64,000 bases of DNA from Candidatus Latescibacterota bacterium (GTDB lineage Bacteria; Latescibacterota; UBA2968), in NCBI GenBank assembly GCA_965204375.1, contig OZ241986.1:5184001-5248000 (forward strand). The letters run 5' to 3'. Positions 1 to 10,664 of the stretch are shown piece after piece. Within the stretch, counting starts at the first letter, position 1; the number at the start of each line of letters is the position of its first letter. Made by a program: the position numbers and the translations under genes. The notes under the pieces were generated by a model that searched no databases, was not told the origin of the DNA, and saw nothing but the letters and a program-made list of their open reading frames with translations.

Positions 1-3000
1 CCATCCTCGGCAAGCGTCACCGTAAACGACAACGACACACCTCCGAACTCGCCAGCAACAGGTGCCCCAATCATCATCGGCAAACCCGAGTTGGGCGAAA
101 CCCTAAAAGCAGATGTCTCCAACATCCGGGATGCCAATGGCCTCACCAATGTGTCATACGCCTATCAGTGGATCCGCGTAATCGGCAGCATGGAGACCGA
201 GATCTCCGGTGCCACTGGCTCGACGTACAAAGTGGTAATAGCCGATAGTGGTTACCGGCTAAAAGTTCGGGTAAACTTCAACGACGATTTGGGCTATCCC
301 GAAGAATTGGAAAGCGCGTTGACAGCGATGGTGGTCATACCGGGCGTGACGCCGGTCATAACAATCACAGCGGACCCCCCAGGTGTCACCGAAGGCGAGG
401 CTGCGACATTCACAATCACAGCAACCCCTGCACCTACAATCACACTCACCGTGAACGTGAACGTAACCGAAACCGCCAAAATGCTCAGCGGCACACCGCC
501 TTCAACAGTCACCATCAGCACCGGCCAAACCACCCTGACAGTAGCAACAGACGACGATAAAAAGGACGAACGCGCCAGTGTCGTAACCGCGCAAGTACGA
601 ACCGGAGCAGGCTATGTAGTAGGCACACCATCCTCATCCAGAGTACTTGTCCTGGATAACGACTTGCCACCCACGATAGACGCAACCCTGAGCAGCCTGA
701 CCATCAACCCCGGCGTTATGACTCCGACATTCGCCCCGGAGACATTGTCCTACACCTCCTTAGTGCCGAACGCGACCTCAATGGTAACAGCCACAGCAAC
801 ACCCAAAAACCCGGACGCAACCGTATCCATCAACGGCCAGAACACCACCACATTGGACGTGCCATTTACCGGCGACACGATGGACGTCACAGTAACGGTT
901 ACAGCCGTCGATAACATCACGCAATTGACCTACACCATCACAGTCAACCGTGCGCCATCAGGGCTCCCGCAGGTAACAATCACAGCGAATCCCAAAACCG
1001 TCACCGAAGGCACGAATGCGACATTTACGGTCACAGCAAACCAGCCATCGGTAACCGATCTGACCTTAAACGTGAACGTAACAGAGACCGCCAAAATGCT
1101 CAGCGGCACACCGCCCTCAACAGTCACCATCAGTGCCGGCTACACCACCGCCACACTGATAGTCGCAACGCATGACGACGATGTAGATGAACACGCCAGC
1201 GTGGTCAAAGCGCAAGTGCGAGCCGGAACAGGCTATACAATAGGCGACCCATCCCTGGCGAGCGTACTTGTGCTGGACGACGAAGTGGTGTTATCGACCG
1301 ACGCAACGCTGAACAACCTGACCATCAACCCCGGTACACTGAACCCGACATTCGATCCCGACACATACACTTACACCGCCACAGTGCCGCACGCGACCTC
1401 TACGGTAACAGTCACAGCAATACCCAATCACACAGACGCAACCGTATCTATCAACGGTCAGACCGCGACCACATTGAACGCGCCATTTACCGGCGACACG
1501 ATGGACATCGCGGTAACAGTAACAGCCGAAGACAACACGACCCAAGTGACCTACACCATCACAGTCAACCGCGGTGCCCCATCGATCGACGCAACGCTGG
1601 GCAGCTTGACAATCAACCCCGGCACACTGAACCCAGCATTCGATCCGGCGACATTGGACTACACCGTCTCAGTGGAGAACGGGATCTCGACCATAACGAT
1701 TACAACGACAGCCAATCACCCGGGTGCAACCGTATCCATCAACGGGCAGACCGCGACCACATTGGACGTATCACTTGTCGAAGGCACGAACATCATCACA
1801 GTAGTAGTCACAGCCGAAGACAACAGTACACAATTGACCTACACCATCACAGTCACACGCGAAGCACCGATCCCACAGGTGACAATCTCGGTAAATACCA
1901 CACCCATCACCGAAGGCACGGATGCGACATTTACAATCACGGCGACCCCTGCATCCACAACAGCAATAACCGTGAACGTGAGCGTTACCCAGACGGGTAG
2001 TGTCATCAGCGGCACGCCGCCCTCGACCATCACCATCAACGCCAATGAAACCTCCGCTACTCTTACAGTAGCAACAGATGACGATAACACAGATGAAGAA
2101 GCTGGTGTAATAACCGCGACACTACAAGCTGGAACAGACTACACAGTGGGCGACCCATCCTCGGCGAGCGTCACTGTAAACGACAACGACGCGGCTCCCA
2201 ACAATCCAGCCACGGGTGCCCCAACAATCACTGGTACACCCGAAGTGGGAGAAACACTCACAGCCGATGTCTCTAACATCCGGGATGCCGATGGCCTCGA
2301 AAATGTATCATACATCTATCAGTGGATCCGCGTAATGGGCGGTGTGGAGACTGAGATCCCCAATGCGACAGGTACGACATACGAAGTCGTCACAGCCGAT
2401 ATAGGCCACCAGCTAAAAGTTCGGGTGAACTTCAACGATGATTTGGGCAACACCGAAGAACTGGAAAGCGAATTGATAGCACTCGTCGTTGCACCAGTGG
2501 TCCCACAGATAACCATCTCGGCAAGCACCACAACCATCACTGAAGGCGGGAATGCAACCTTCACCATCACAGCAACTCCTGCACCAACAACCGCGCTGAC
2601 CGTAAATGTGAGTATAACCGAGACGGGTAGTGTCATCAGCGGCACACCGCCCTTGACCATCACCATCAACGCCAATGAAACCTCCATCACACTGACCGTA
2701 GCCACAGATGACGACAATGTAGATGAAGAAAATAGCGTCATAAGCGCAACACTACAGGCTGGAACAGGCTACACAGCAGGCACACCATCCTCGGCGAGCG
2801 TCAACGTCAACGACAACGACCTGCCCCCGAACTCGCCAGCCACAGGCGTCCCAACAATCACCGGCACACCGCAAGTAGGTCAAACACTAACCGCGGACGT
2901 CTCGAACATCCAGGATGCCAATGGCCTCACCAATGTATCGTACACCTATCAGTGGATCCGTCTGGTAGGCAGTGTGGAAACCGAAATCATCGGCGCCACG

Positions 3001-4599
3001 GGTGTGACATACGAAGTCACAATAACCGACACAGAGCGCCAGCTAAAAGTTCGGGTGAATTTCACCGACGATTTGGGCTATGCCGAAGAATTGGAAAGCG
3101 CGTGGACAGCAGTTATTACACCAGAGGAACCTCGCGTGGTAAAATTAGACGGATGGCTGGCGCGATTTGGGCGAACAGCATCGAATCATGTCGTCGAAAC
3201 AGTGCGCGAACGCGTTAGAGGGCATGTGGGCACCAACCATGTGGTGATCGGCGGGTACAACCTCCATGAGATGAATTATCGCGGACTATTTTTTAACCCG
3301 ACATTGATGCCGGGCGATTCCCCAATGAGATTTAGCATTGAAGCCGCACAGAGTGCGCACGACAAAGAGATATTGAAGCAAATAATATCGAGTACATCAT
3401 TTGCCCTGTCTGGCAAAATGGGACCGTACAGCGAACCTCGATGGGCCGTGTGGGGCCGGGGCGCAACAACGCGCTTTAGCGGCACCGACGACGATCAGAC
3501 AGTAGAAGGCGACGTAACATCGGTCATGCTGGGTATTGACTATGGAGATAATTGTTTCCAGGGCGGACTTGTCCTGTCCTACACCATGGGCGATGGCATA
3601 CTGGGCACCATCGCCAATACCCGCGACGAATGGTCAGTAGAGACAACGCTGACGGGTATTTACCCCTGGGCGCGCCTCGCATTGACAAACAAATCCTCCG
3701 TATGGGGAATGCTGGGCTATGGCGGAGGCAACCTGCCCTTATCGCTCGAAGGCATCGAGAAATTAGAGACAGACGCCAATATGGTAATGGGAGCAATTGG
3801 TACCCGCACCGATTTAATCGGATCGACCTATCATGACGGTTTTTCATTATCACTAACATCAGATGCCGTGCTATCGCGTGCGAATGCGGATGATCTGGCG
3901 GATTTGTTGGAAAACAAGGGCACCGCGAGCCGCGTACGCGTATTATTAGAGGGATCACACGTACTCTGGGTCTCTGGGGGATCACTGCAACCATTGGTTG
4001 AACTGGGCATGCGGTATGACGGCGGCGATGCAGATACCGGCATGGGAATAGAATTCGGAGCCGGGATGCGCTATGTACTGGCCTCAATGGGTCTGATGAT
4101 AGAGGGACGGGTACGCGGCCTGATCGCACACCAGGAAGGCAGTTATGAAGAATGGGGTGGATCGGGCACAATCCGCCTGTCTCCAAATCCATCAGGCGAG
4201 GGACTATCGCTTCGGGTATCGCCAACATGGGGCGAAGCATCTGGCAGCGCGCGTGCCCTGTGGTCGAGGCCCGACATGAGCGACATCGCATCTGGTCGCA
4301 ACTCGGAAGTCTTCTCATCTAATCGCGTATCCGCCGAAGTGGCATACGGGGTGCCGGTAGGCGATAAATTAGTTGCAACGCCATTTGTCGGACTACAAGA
4401 CAGGCACAAACGACTCGGCGTCGGCTTGCACAGAGGTTCGTTGTTCGGCCTTGCGGTCGAGGGCATGCAACACAACCAGGATCTTGCCCTGCGGGTTCGT
4501 GCGGGCATGCACACGCAACACATCATCCTCCGCCTTGAAGGCAGCCTCGATACATACGGTCACCACGCCTATTTCAGACTACACCGCGATATGAAGTGA
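1..4599 (+). CDS. Large surface adhesin/autotransporter with repeated cadherin-like beta-sandwich and Calx-beta-like modules and a C-terminal beta-barrel (5' end outside window)
   Basis: Frame is open from base 1. Thr-rich repeats (DATL..LTINPG.L.P.F.P; VTEG..ATFTITATPA; G.P.VG.TL.ADVSNI.DA.GL). C-terminal WLARFGRT...WGRGATTRF...ELGMRYDGGDADTG autotransporter-type region. Confidence 0.85.
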   Translation, partial: PSSASVTVNDNDTPPNSPATGAPIIIGKPELGETLKADVSNIRDANGLTNVSYAYQWIRVIGSMETEISGATGSTYKVVIADSGYRLKVRVNFNDDLGYPEELESALTAMVVIPGVTPVITITADPPGVTEGEAATFTITATPAPTITLTVNVNVTETAKMLSGTPPSTVTISTGQTTLTVATDDDKKDERASVVTAQVRTGAGYVVGTPSSSRVLVLDNDLPPTIDATLSSLTINPGVMTPTFAPETLSYTSLVPNATSMVTATATPKNPDATVSINGQNTTTLDVPFTGDTMDVTVTVTAVDNITQLTYTITVNRAPSGLPQVTITANPKTVTEGTNATFTVTANQPSVTDLTLNVNVTETAKMLSGTPPSTVTISAGYTTATLIVATHDDDVDEHASVVKAQVRAGTGYTIGDPSLASVLVLDDEVVLSTDATLNNLTINPGTLNPTFDPDTYTYTATVPHATSTVTVTAIPNHTDATVSINGQTATTLNAPFTGDTMDIAVTVTAEDNTTQVTYTITVNRGAPSIDATLGSLTINPGTLNPAFDPATLDYTVSVENGISTITITTTANHPGATVSINGQTATTLDVSLVEGTNIITVVVTAEDNSTQLTYTITVTREAPIPQVTISVNTTPITEGTDATFTITATPASTTAITVNVSVTQTGSVISGTPPSTITINANETSATLTVATDDDNTDEEAGVITATLQAGTDYTVGDPSSASVTVNDNDAAPNNPATGAPTITGTPEVGETLTADVSNIRDADGLENVSYIYQWIRVMGGVETEIPNATGTTYEVVTADIGHQLKVRVNFNDDLGNTEELESELIALVVAPVVPQITISASTTTITEGGNATFTITATPAPTTALTVNVSITETGSVISGTPPLTITINANETSITLTVATDDDNVDEENSVISATLQAGTGYTAGTPSSASVNVNDNDLPPNSPATGVPTITGTPQVGQTLTADVSNIQDANGLTNVSYTYQWIRLVGSVETEIIGATGVTYEVTITDTERQLKVRVNFTDDLGYAEELESAWTAVITPEEPRVVKLDGWLARFGRTASNHVVETVRERVRGHVGTNHVVIGGYNLHEMNYRGLFFNPTLMPGDSPMRFSIEAAQSAHDKEILKQIISSTSFALSGKMGPYSEPRWAVWGRGATTRFSGTDDDQTVEGDVTSVMLGIDYGDNCFQGGLVLSYTMGDGILGTIANTRDEWSVETTLTGIYPWARLALTNKSSVWGMLGYGGGNLPLSLEGIEKLETDANMVMGAIGTRTDLIGSTYHDGFSLSLTSDAVLSRANADDLADLLENKGTASRVRVLLEGSHVLWVSGGSLQPLVELGMRYDGGDADTGMGIEFGAGMRYVLASMGLMIEGRVRGLIAHQEGSYEEWGGSGTIRLSPNPSGEGLSLRVSPTWGEASGSARALWSRPDMSDIASGRNSEVFSSNRVSAEVAYGVPVGDKLVATPFVGLQDRHKRLGVGLHRGSLFGLAVEGMQHNQDLALRVRAGMHTQHIILRLEGSLDTYGHHAYFRLHRDMK

Positions 4600-4709
4600 G
4601 AAGTGAGAAGGTAGAAGTTAGAAGACCCCGCTCCACCACCCTAAAGCTGCTGCCTCATCCTACTTCCTCCTTCACACTTCCTCCTTCACACTTCACACTT
4701 CACACTTCC
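4593..4709. repeat. Heptamer-repeat intergenic element (GAAGTGA.../...CACACTT arms), copy 1
   Basis: Tandem 7-mers gaagtga on the left, a conserved core (gaccccgc...caccc.aaag..ctg), and tandem cacactt/cctcctt on the right. Related to the copies at 6981 and 21641. Confidence 0.75.
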
Positions 4710-4714
4710 TCAAC

Positions 4715-5707
4715 ATGACCCTCAAAACCCTGAACCACATCCTCTCCAAATTCCAAAACCTCGCCATCCTTGTCATCGGCGACTACTTCCTCGACCGCTA
4801 TCTCATCACGGACCCCGACCTCGTCGAAACATCCATCGAAACTGGCCTTGAAGCCCACCAAATAGTCGCCATTCGCAACCAGCCCGGCGCAGCCGGCACC
4901 ATCACCTCCAACCTCTGTGCTCTCGGCATTGGACACATCTATGCCCTGGGCATAATCGGTCGCGACGGTCAGGGCTATGACCTCAAACAGGGATTGCGCG
5001 CCACGGGTGTAGATATCACCCACCTCATCGAAACGTCCGACCGCTTTACCCCGACTTATACCAAACCCATGAACAAAAAAACAGGCGCTGAAATGGAACG
5101 CCTGGATATAAAAAATCGAACGCCACTACCCCTCGACCTCGAAAATCAACTCATCAAAACCCTGCACCATCTCTTCCCCAAAGTAGATGGCGTCATAGCC
5201 CTCGACCAGGTGCAAGAATCCAACTGCGGTGTACTCACAGATCGCGTCGTCGCCGAACTCGCAAAACTCGCCAAAACGCATCCCAACACCGTCTGCTTCG
5301 CCGACTCTCGCACCCGCATCACCAACTTCAAAAATGTCATCCTCAAATCCAACCGCGACGAAGCCATTCACGCAGAACGCGACCTCAACCAGTGTGCCCG
5401 CATCTTTTCCCAGCGCACCGGCAAACCCGTCTTCATCACCCTTGGACCCGACGGCATTCTCGTTGCCAACAACGAAAACCTCACGCATATTCCCGGTATA
5501 AAAATTCCGCCTCCCATCGACATTGTGGGCGCAGGCGACAGCGTCTCGGCATCTGTGGTCTCCGCCCTTTGTGCCGGCGCATCACTATCCGACGCCGCTC
5601 AAATAGGCGTATTGGCCTCATCCATCACCATACAACAAATTGGCACAACCGGCACAGCCTCACCCGAACAGATCGCAAAGCGATTTCGAGAAACCCAAAC
5701 GTCTTAA
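4715..5707 (+). CDS. PfkB-family carbohydrate kinase (HldE/RfaE kinase-like)
   Basis: VIGDYFLDRY, PGAAG and DIVGAGDSV signature. Confidence 0.88.
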   Translation: MTLKTLNHILSKFQNLAILVIGDYFLDRYLITDPDLVETSIETGLEAHQIVAIRNQPGAAGTITSNLCALGIGHIYALGIIGRDGQGYDLKQGLRATGVDITHLIETSDRFTPTYTKPMNKKTGAEMERLDIKNRTPLPLDLENQLIKTLHHLFPKVDGVIALDQVQESNCGVLTDRVVAELAKLAKTHPNTVCFADSRTRITNFKNVILKSNRDEAIHAERDLNQCARIFSQRTGKPVFITLGPDGILVANNENLTHIPGIKIPPPIDIVGAGDSVSASVVSALCAGASLSDAAQIGVLASSITIQQIGTTGTASPEQIAKRFRETQTS

Positions 5708-5718
5708 AAGGAATTCCC

Positions 5719-7002
5719 ATGTCTGACAAACCCAACTTCATTGTATTCATGAGTGACGATCACGGGCACCGCGACCTCTCTTGCATGGGCGCGACCGACT
5801 TCCAAACCCCCAACTTTGACCGCATAGCCTCTCGGGGTGCCAAACTCACCCGCTGGTATTCCAATGCCCCGATCTGCTCGGCCGGGCGCTGCGGCATACT
5901 CACCGGGCGCTATCCCATTGCCGCGGGCATTCCCGGCAACGTAGGCGTAACTGCCGATGGCCTATCGCCGGACCTGCCCACCATACCCAAAGCACTCAAA
6001 AAACTGGGCTATCAAACCTGCATGTCGGGCAAATGGCACCTGGGCAATCGCGAGCCCTTCTTGCCGCACAACCACGGCTTTGACCACTGGTTTGGCTTCA
6101 CCAACGGCTGCATCGACTACTACTCGCACATCTTCTACTGGGCACTATCTTCGAAAAACCAGGCGCGGCACGACCTCTGGGAAGACGGCAGAGAAGTGTA
6201 TCGCAACGGCACCTACTTCGTCGATCTCATGCGCGACAAAGCCATTGAATACATCCAAAAAGCCAAAAACGATGGACGACCGTTCTTCATGTATGTCCCC
6301 TTCAACACCCCGCACTATCCCCTGCACGCGCCAGAAGAATACATGGAACGCTTTGCCCACTTGCCCCGCTCGCGACAACTCATGACCGCCATGCTCACCG
6401 TCATGGACGACGCCATCGGCAAAATCCTCGACGAACTCGAGCGCTTAGACCTCTTTGACAACACCTGTATCTTTTTTCAACCCGATCACGGCCCCTCGCG
6501 CGAACCGCGCAACTGGACCGACGGCACAGACCTCCCCTATCCCGGCGGTGACACAGGTGGCCTGCGCGGACACAAAGGCACCCTCTGGGAAGGCGGTATC
6601 CGCGTCCCCACCCTCATGAGCTGGCCCGCGCGCGTACAGGGCGGAAAAACCATCGACGAAATCGGCATCGGCATGGACATTTTCCCCACCATCCTCACTG
6701 CCGCAGGAGGCGACCCCGAACAATACGAGCTCGACGGCACGGACATTCTCCCAATGATCGCCGACAACGCCCCCTCACCGCACGGCGACCTCTTCTGGAC
6801 ACAAGGACCCAGAGGCAACACCCGTGCAATACAACGCGACCGCTACAAACTCCTCCTCGACCAAAACGAAATACACCTCACCAACCTCAACACCGATCCC
6901 AACGAAACCACCAACATCGCGGGCGACGAACCCGACCTGACCAACGACCTCCTCACCCGCCTCAACGAATGGCATGCCTTGGAAGTGAGAAGTAAGAAGT
7001 GA
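5719..7002 (+). CDS. Sulfatase (arylsulfatase A-like)
   Basis: KPNFIVFMSDD, CSAGR..ILTGRY, GKWHLG, KGTLWEGGIRVP. Start moved to the ATG at 5719 behind AAGGA. Confidence 0.9.
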   Translation: MSDKPNFIVFMSDDHGHRDLSCMGATDFQTPNFDRIASRGAKLTRWYSNAPICSAGRCGILTGRYPIAAGIPGNVGVTADGLSPDLPTIPKALKKLGYQTCMSGKWHLGNREPFLPHNHGFDHWFGFTNGCIDYYSHIFYWALSSKNQARHDLWEDGREVYRNGTYFVDLMRDKAIEYIQKAKNDGRPFFMYVPFNTPHYPLHAPEEYMERFAHLPRSRQLMTAMLTVMDDAIGKILDELERLDLFDNTCIFFQPDHGPSREPRNWTDGTDLPYPGGDTGGLRGHKGTLWEGGIRVPTLMSWPARVQGGKTIDEIGIGMDIFPTILTAAGGDPEQYELDGTDILPMIADNAPSPHGDLFWTQGPRGNTRAIQRDRYKLLLDQNEIHLTNLNTDPNETTNIAGDEPDLTNDLLTRLNEWHALEVRSKK

Positions 7003-7074
7003 GAAGTAAGAAGACCCGCCCCAACCACCCAAAGGCTGGCACTTCACACTTCCTCCTTCACACTTCACACTTCT
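6981..7074. repeat. Heptamer-repeat element, copy 2, between convergent genes
   Basis: gaagtgagaagtaagaagtgagaagtaagaag-acccgccccaaccacccaaaggctgg-cacttcacacttcctccttcacacttcacactt. Confidence 0.75.
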
Positions 7075-7831
7075 ACCCTCTCCCACCCTTCACACTCCAA
7101 ACCGAACCCGTCGTATAAGTATTGCGCTCAGAACACAAAAACTCAATCACCTCGGCCACCTCCTCCGGATCCGAATACCGCCCCATCGGCTGACCCGGAG
7201 GACTGGCAACATACTCGGGCGAAAATCTCGGTACCACCATATCCGTCAACGCGCGCCCTGGTTCCACGCCATTGACAAACACACCCTGTTTGCAATACGC
7301 ATTGCCCAGCGCGCCGATAAATGAATACACAGCGCCCTTCGACACCGAATACGGCACCTGATTCGGACTGCCATTGCGCGCACCCGAAGTAATCGTCACA
7401 CAGCGCCCCCAACCCCCTGCGAGCATATAGGGAATTGCAGCCTGGTGAAAATGATAAACCCCGTACACATTGATACGCATCACTTTATCAAACTGCGCCA
7501 CGGGTTGCTCAAAAAACGGCTTCTCCCATCCCAAAATACCCGCACAACACACCAGAATATCCAGCCTTCCAAAACGCGCAACCGCTTGTGCCACACATGC
7601 CTGGACAGCGGACTCTTCTGTCACATCAGTCGCCACAAACATCGCCTCCTGTCCCAAAGCCTCAATCTTTTCAACCATCTCCGTCCCCTCTTTTGCCAGA
7701 ACATCGGCAATAACAATATCCCGTCCCTCCTCTGCAATCCGAACCGCCGTTGCTCCACCAATACCCCGCGCACCCCCCGTAACAAGCGCAACCCGCCGTT
7801 CCTTCTCTGCTGCAAAACGCAAATTCGACAT
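7073..7831 (-). CDS. Short-chain dehydrogenase/reductase
   Basis: TGGARGIG and YSVSK motifs. Start at 7831 behind GAGGAGGG. Confidence 0.9.
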   Translation of the reverse strand: MSNLRFAAEKERRVALVTGGARGIGGATAVRIAEEGRDIVIADVLAKEGTEMVEKIEALGQEAMFVATDVTEESAVQACVAQAVARFGRLDILVCCAGILGWEKPFFEQPVAQFDKVMRINVYGVYHFHQAAIPYMLAGGWGRCVTITSGARNGSPNQVPYSVSKGAVYSFIGALGNAYCKQGVFVNGVEPGRALTDMVVPRFSPEYVASPPGQPMGRYSDPEEVAEVIEFLCSERNTYTTGSVWSVKGGRG

Positions 7832-7926
7832 CTCACCCTCCTCATATTCTATTGCCCATTGTCGTCTCATCGCGTAATATAACTCAAGTAACGCTCAATT
7901 CCATACCTGAATACAAGGAGTCAAAT

Positions 7927-9054
7927 ATGAAAATCGACCAGGTCGAACACTTCCTGCTCGGCAACAGCTATGTCGTCCGCCTCACCACCGATACCGGCAT
8001 CTCCGGCATTGGCACCTCTGCCTGCTGGGGCTATCCCAAAGCGATTCAAGCCATCGCCAAAGTCTTCAAAGAATACCTTATCGGACAAAACCCCATGCGC
8101 ATTGAGCACCACTGGCAGCACCTCTACCGCATGGCACCCTTTCGCGGCACCGCGCTCTGCGGCGCAGTCAGCGCAATGGACATCGCCCTATACGACATCA
8201 AAGGCAAACACTTTCAGGTCCCGGTCTGGGAACTCCTCGGCGGCAACTGCCGCGACAAAATTCGCCTGCACCTGCTCGCGGGCGGCCCCACACCCGAACA
8301 AATGTATAAAAACGCAAAAGCCGCCGTTGCCGAAGGCTTCACCGCGATCAAATTTGATCCCATCACAGGCGGGTACCAGAACCAGGCGCAATCGCGCATC
8401 ATACAAAACGCCGTCGAAATTGTCGCCGCTGCCCGCGAAGCCGCAGGTCCCGATGTGGATCTCATCGTGGAAGTCCACCGCAAACTCACTCCAATGGTCG
8501 CCGTAGCTCTGGGCGAAGCCCTCATCCCCTATCACCTCTACTTCATGGAAGACCCCATCCAGATAGACACCATCACCACCCAGGCAGAAATCGCCAAACG
8601 CATCCCCGTACCCCTGGGCAATGGTGAACGCTTCACCTCAATATGGGAATTCCGCGAACTCCTCGAACACGGCGGTCCCCAGTACGTGCGTCCAGACATA
8701 GCGCTGGCAGGCGGCCTGACCCACTGCAAAAAAATTGCCGCCATCGCCGAATCCTATCACTGCGCGGTCGTCACCCACAACTTTCTCAGTCCCCTGGGCA
8801 CAGCCGCATCCCTTCACCTCGACGCCAGCATCCCCAACTTCATCACACAGGAATACTCCAAAAACGACGAAGCCGAACACAACGCCGTGTACAAATGCGC
8901 CCACAAACGCGAAGGCGGCTATATCCCTCTTCCCGAAGCCCCTGGCCTTGGCGTTGAACTCGACGACGCCAAAATACCCGATACGCCCTTTGCCCCCTTG
9001 ACCAAAGTCAGTACACCGAGACGAGAGGACGGATCAATCGCGTATGCGGTGTGA
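7927..9054 (+). CDS. Mandelate racemase/muconate lactonizing family enzyme (galactonate dehydratase-like)
   Basis: SAMDIALYDIKGK, GFTAIKFD, MEDP, GERF, EAPGLGVEL. AAGGAG RBS. Confidence 0.9.
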   Translation: MKIDQVEHFLLGNSYVVRLTTDTGISGIGTSACWGYPKAIQAIAKVFKEYLIGQNPMRIEHHWQHLYRMAPFRGTALCGAVSAMDIALYDIKGKHFQVPVWELLGGNCRDKIRLHLLAGGPTPEQMYKNAKAAVAEGFTAIKFDPITGGYQNQAQSRIIQNAVEIVAAAREAAGPDVDLIVEVHRKLTPMVAVALGEALIPYHLYFMEDPIQIDTITTQAEIAKRIPVPLGNGERFTSIWEFRELLEHGGPQYVRPDIALAGGLTHCKKIAAIAESYHCAVVTHNFLSPLGTAASLHLDASIPNFITQEYSKNDEAEHNAVYKCAHKREGGYIPLPEAPGLGVELDDAKIPDTPFAPLTKVSTPRREDGSIAYAV

Positions 9055-10222
9055 AACAAATTACAAAACCGCCATTCTCAATGCGGTATCAAACCCCGAA
9101 ACCTTTCTCAGGCTTACCCTGAGTCATCCGCGGCGCGGCATAATCTGGAACAAAATCGCTGTCCGCATGGTCCAGATCAAAAACGCGCCGCATCTCCAGA
9201 TCGCGCGATACAGCCGCACGCAAGACATCACGGAAAACATACCGCTAACCGACGCGAACACCGCGCTCGACGAACTCCTCGCCTTGCCCTTCGCACAAAT
9301 CCACGTACAAAATAGTCACGAAGACCTGCACATTCGCATCACCAAAAAAGGCCGCGCACTATGCAAACGCGCAAAACCCTCGCGTCCAGATGCCCAACCC
9401 GCACTATCGCACAACCGCGTCAAACACCACCCCCTGTCCGACAACCGTCCCGACGCCTTCCTGCAGGGTCTCGGCATCATGGACCATAACGGGCGCGTGC
9501 GCGCCTCCATGCGCGACAAATTCAAACAGATCAACGCCTTTCTCCACCACTTACAACCCGTCATACCAGCATCGAAACGCCCCCTCACCCTCATAGACTG
9601 CGGCTGCGGCAACGCGTATCTCACATTCGCAGCGTATCACTACCTGAACAACATCTATAACATCCCCGTGCGACTCATCGGCATTGACCACAACCCATCT
9701 CTCATCGCCAAATGTCGCAACCTCGCCAATGACCTCGGCTGGACAAACCTCGCCTTTCGCGAAACCAGCATCGCCGACTTCACGCCCCAAACACCGCCCG
9801 ACATCGTCTTTAGCCTGCACGCCTGCGACACAGCAACCGACGACGCCATTGCCCGCGCCGTACAGTGGAACAGCCCCGTCATCCTCGCAGCCCCCTGCTG
9901 CCAGCATGAACTGCGCCCACAACTCGACGCATCTGTCTTCGCACCCGTAATGGCGCACGGCATCCTCAAAGGGCGCACCGCTGACATCCTCACCGACGCC
10001 TGCCGCGCACAACTCCTGAGAATATTGGGCTATCGCACCGAACTCATAGAATTTATCGACTCCAAACACACGCCCAAAAATATCCTCATCCGCGCAAAAA
10101 AAACCTCCCAAACAAGTGATCCAACCCTCGTTCAGGAGTATTGCGCCATGCGCGACTTCTGGCACATCACCCCCAGCCTCGAACGCCTGCTCGCCCGCGA
10201 ACTCGCGCTTTTTTTATCCTGA
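9044..10222 (+). CDS. SAM-dependent methyltransferase (Methyltransf_32-like)
   Basis: KFKQINAFL, DCGCGNAYLTF, SLHACDTATD, APCCQHE, HTPKN. Confidence 0.88.
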   Translation: MRCETNYKTAILNAVSNPETFLRLTLSHPRRGIIWNKIAVRMVQIKNAPHLQIARYSRTQDITENIPLTDANTALDELLALPFAQIHVQNSHEDLHIRITKKGRALCKRAKPSRPDAQPALSHNRVKHHPLSDNRPDAFLQGLGIMDHNGRVRASMRDKFKQINAFLHHLQPVIPASKRPLTLIDCGCGNAYLTFAAYHYLNNIYNIPVRLIGIDHNPSLIAKCRNLANDLGWTNLAFRETSIADFTPQTPPDIVFSLHACDTATDDAIARAVQWNSPVILAAPCCQHELRPQLDASVFAPVMAHGILKGRTADILTDACRAQLLRILGYRTELIEFIDSKHTPKNILIRAKKTSQTSDPTLVQEYCAMRDFWHITPSLERLLARELALFLS

Positions 10223-10273
10223 CTCATCTTTCAAGTATAAAGGGCTTGTCGAACTGATACAGGAGAAGAAAAC

Positions 10274-10639
10274 ATGCAATCTATTTATGTAAAAGTCCCT
10301 GAAGATATTGTGCAGAATGTCGTGCAGCAGATGTACGATGATGGATATGTTTACGATAGTAAAAATGATTCTCAGTTTTTGAGTGACAGAGATCCTTTAA
10401 TTGTAAAAATGTTGGATGGAGAATATAGGGAAGTAACTGTTGCACATTTACAAGAGGTTTTGGATGGATTGATCGAAATTCAATTGGCTCAGTCATTTAG
10501 AGAGTATCAAGAACAAAATGTGACATTGCCCATGTGGATGTACAGGAGATTTTTTCGAAAGAACATGTTTGGAGTGGGTTGGGGGTTATTTATGATGGCG
10601 ATGGGTATTGCAATAGGTTATTTATTTTCTTTGGCGTAA
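10274..10639 (+). CDS. Hypothetical protein with C-terminal transmembrane helix (AT-rich)
   Basis: AGGAG RBS, 121 aa, hydrophobic C-terminus. Lower GC than its neighbours. Confidence 0.7.
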   Translation: MQSIYVKVPEDIVQNVVQQMYDDGYVYDSKNDSQFLSDRDPLIVKMLDGEYREVTVAHLQEVLDGLIEIQLAQSFREYQEQNVTLPMWMYRRFFRKNMFGVGWGLFMMAMGIAIGYLFSLA

Positions 10640-10664
10640 ACAGAGTAAAGAGGAGAGAGAATTC

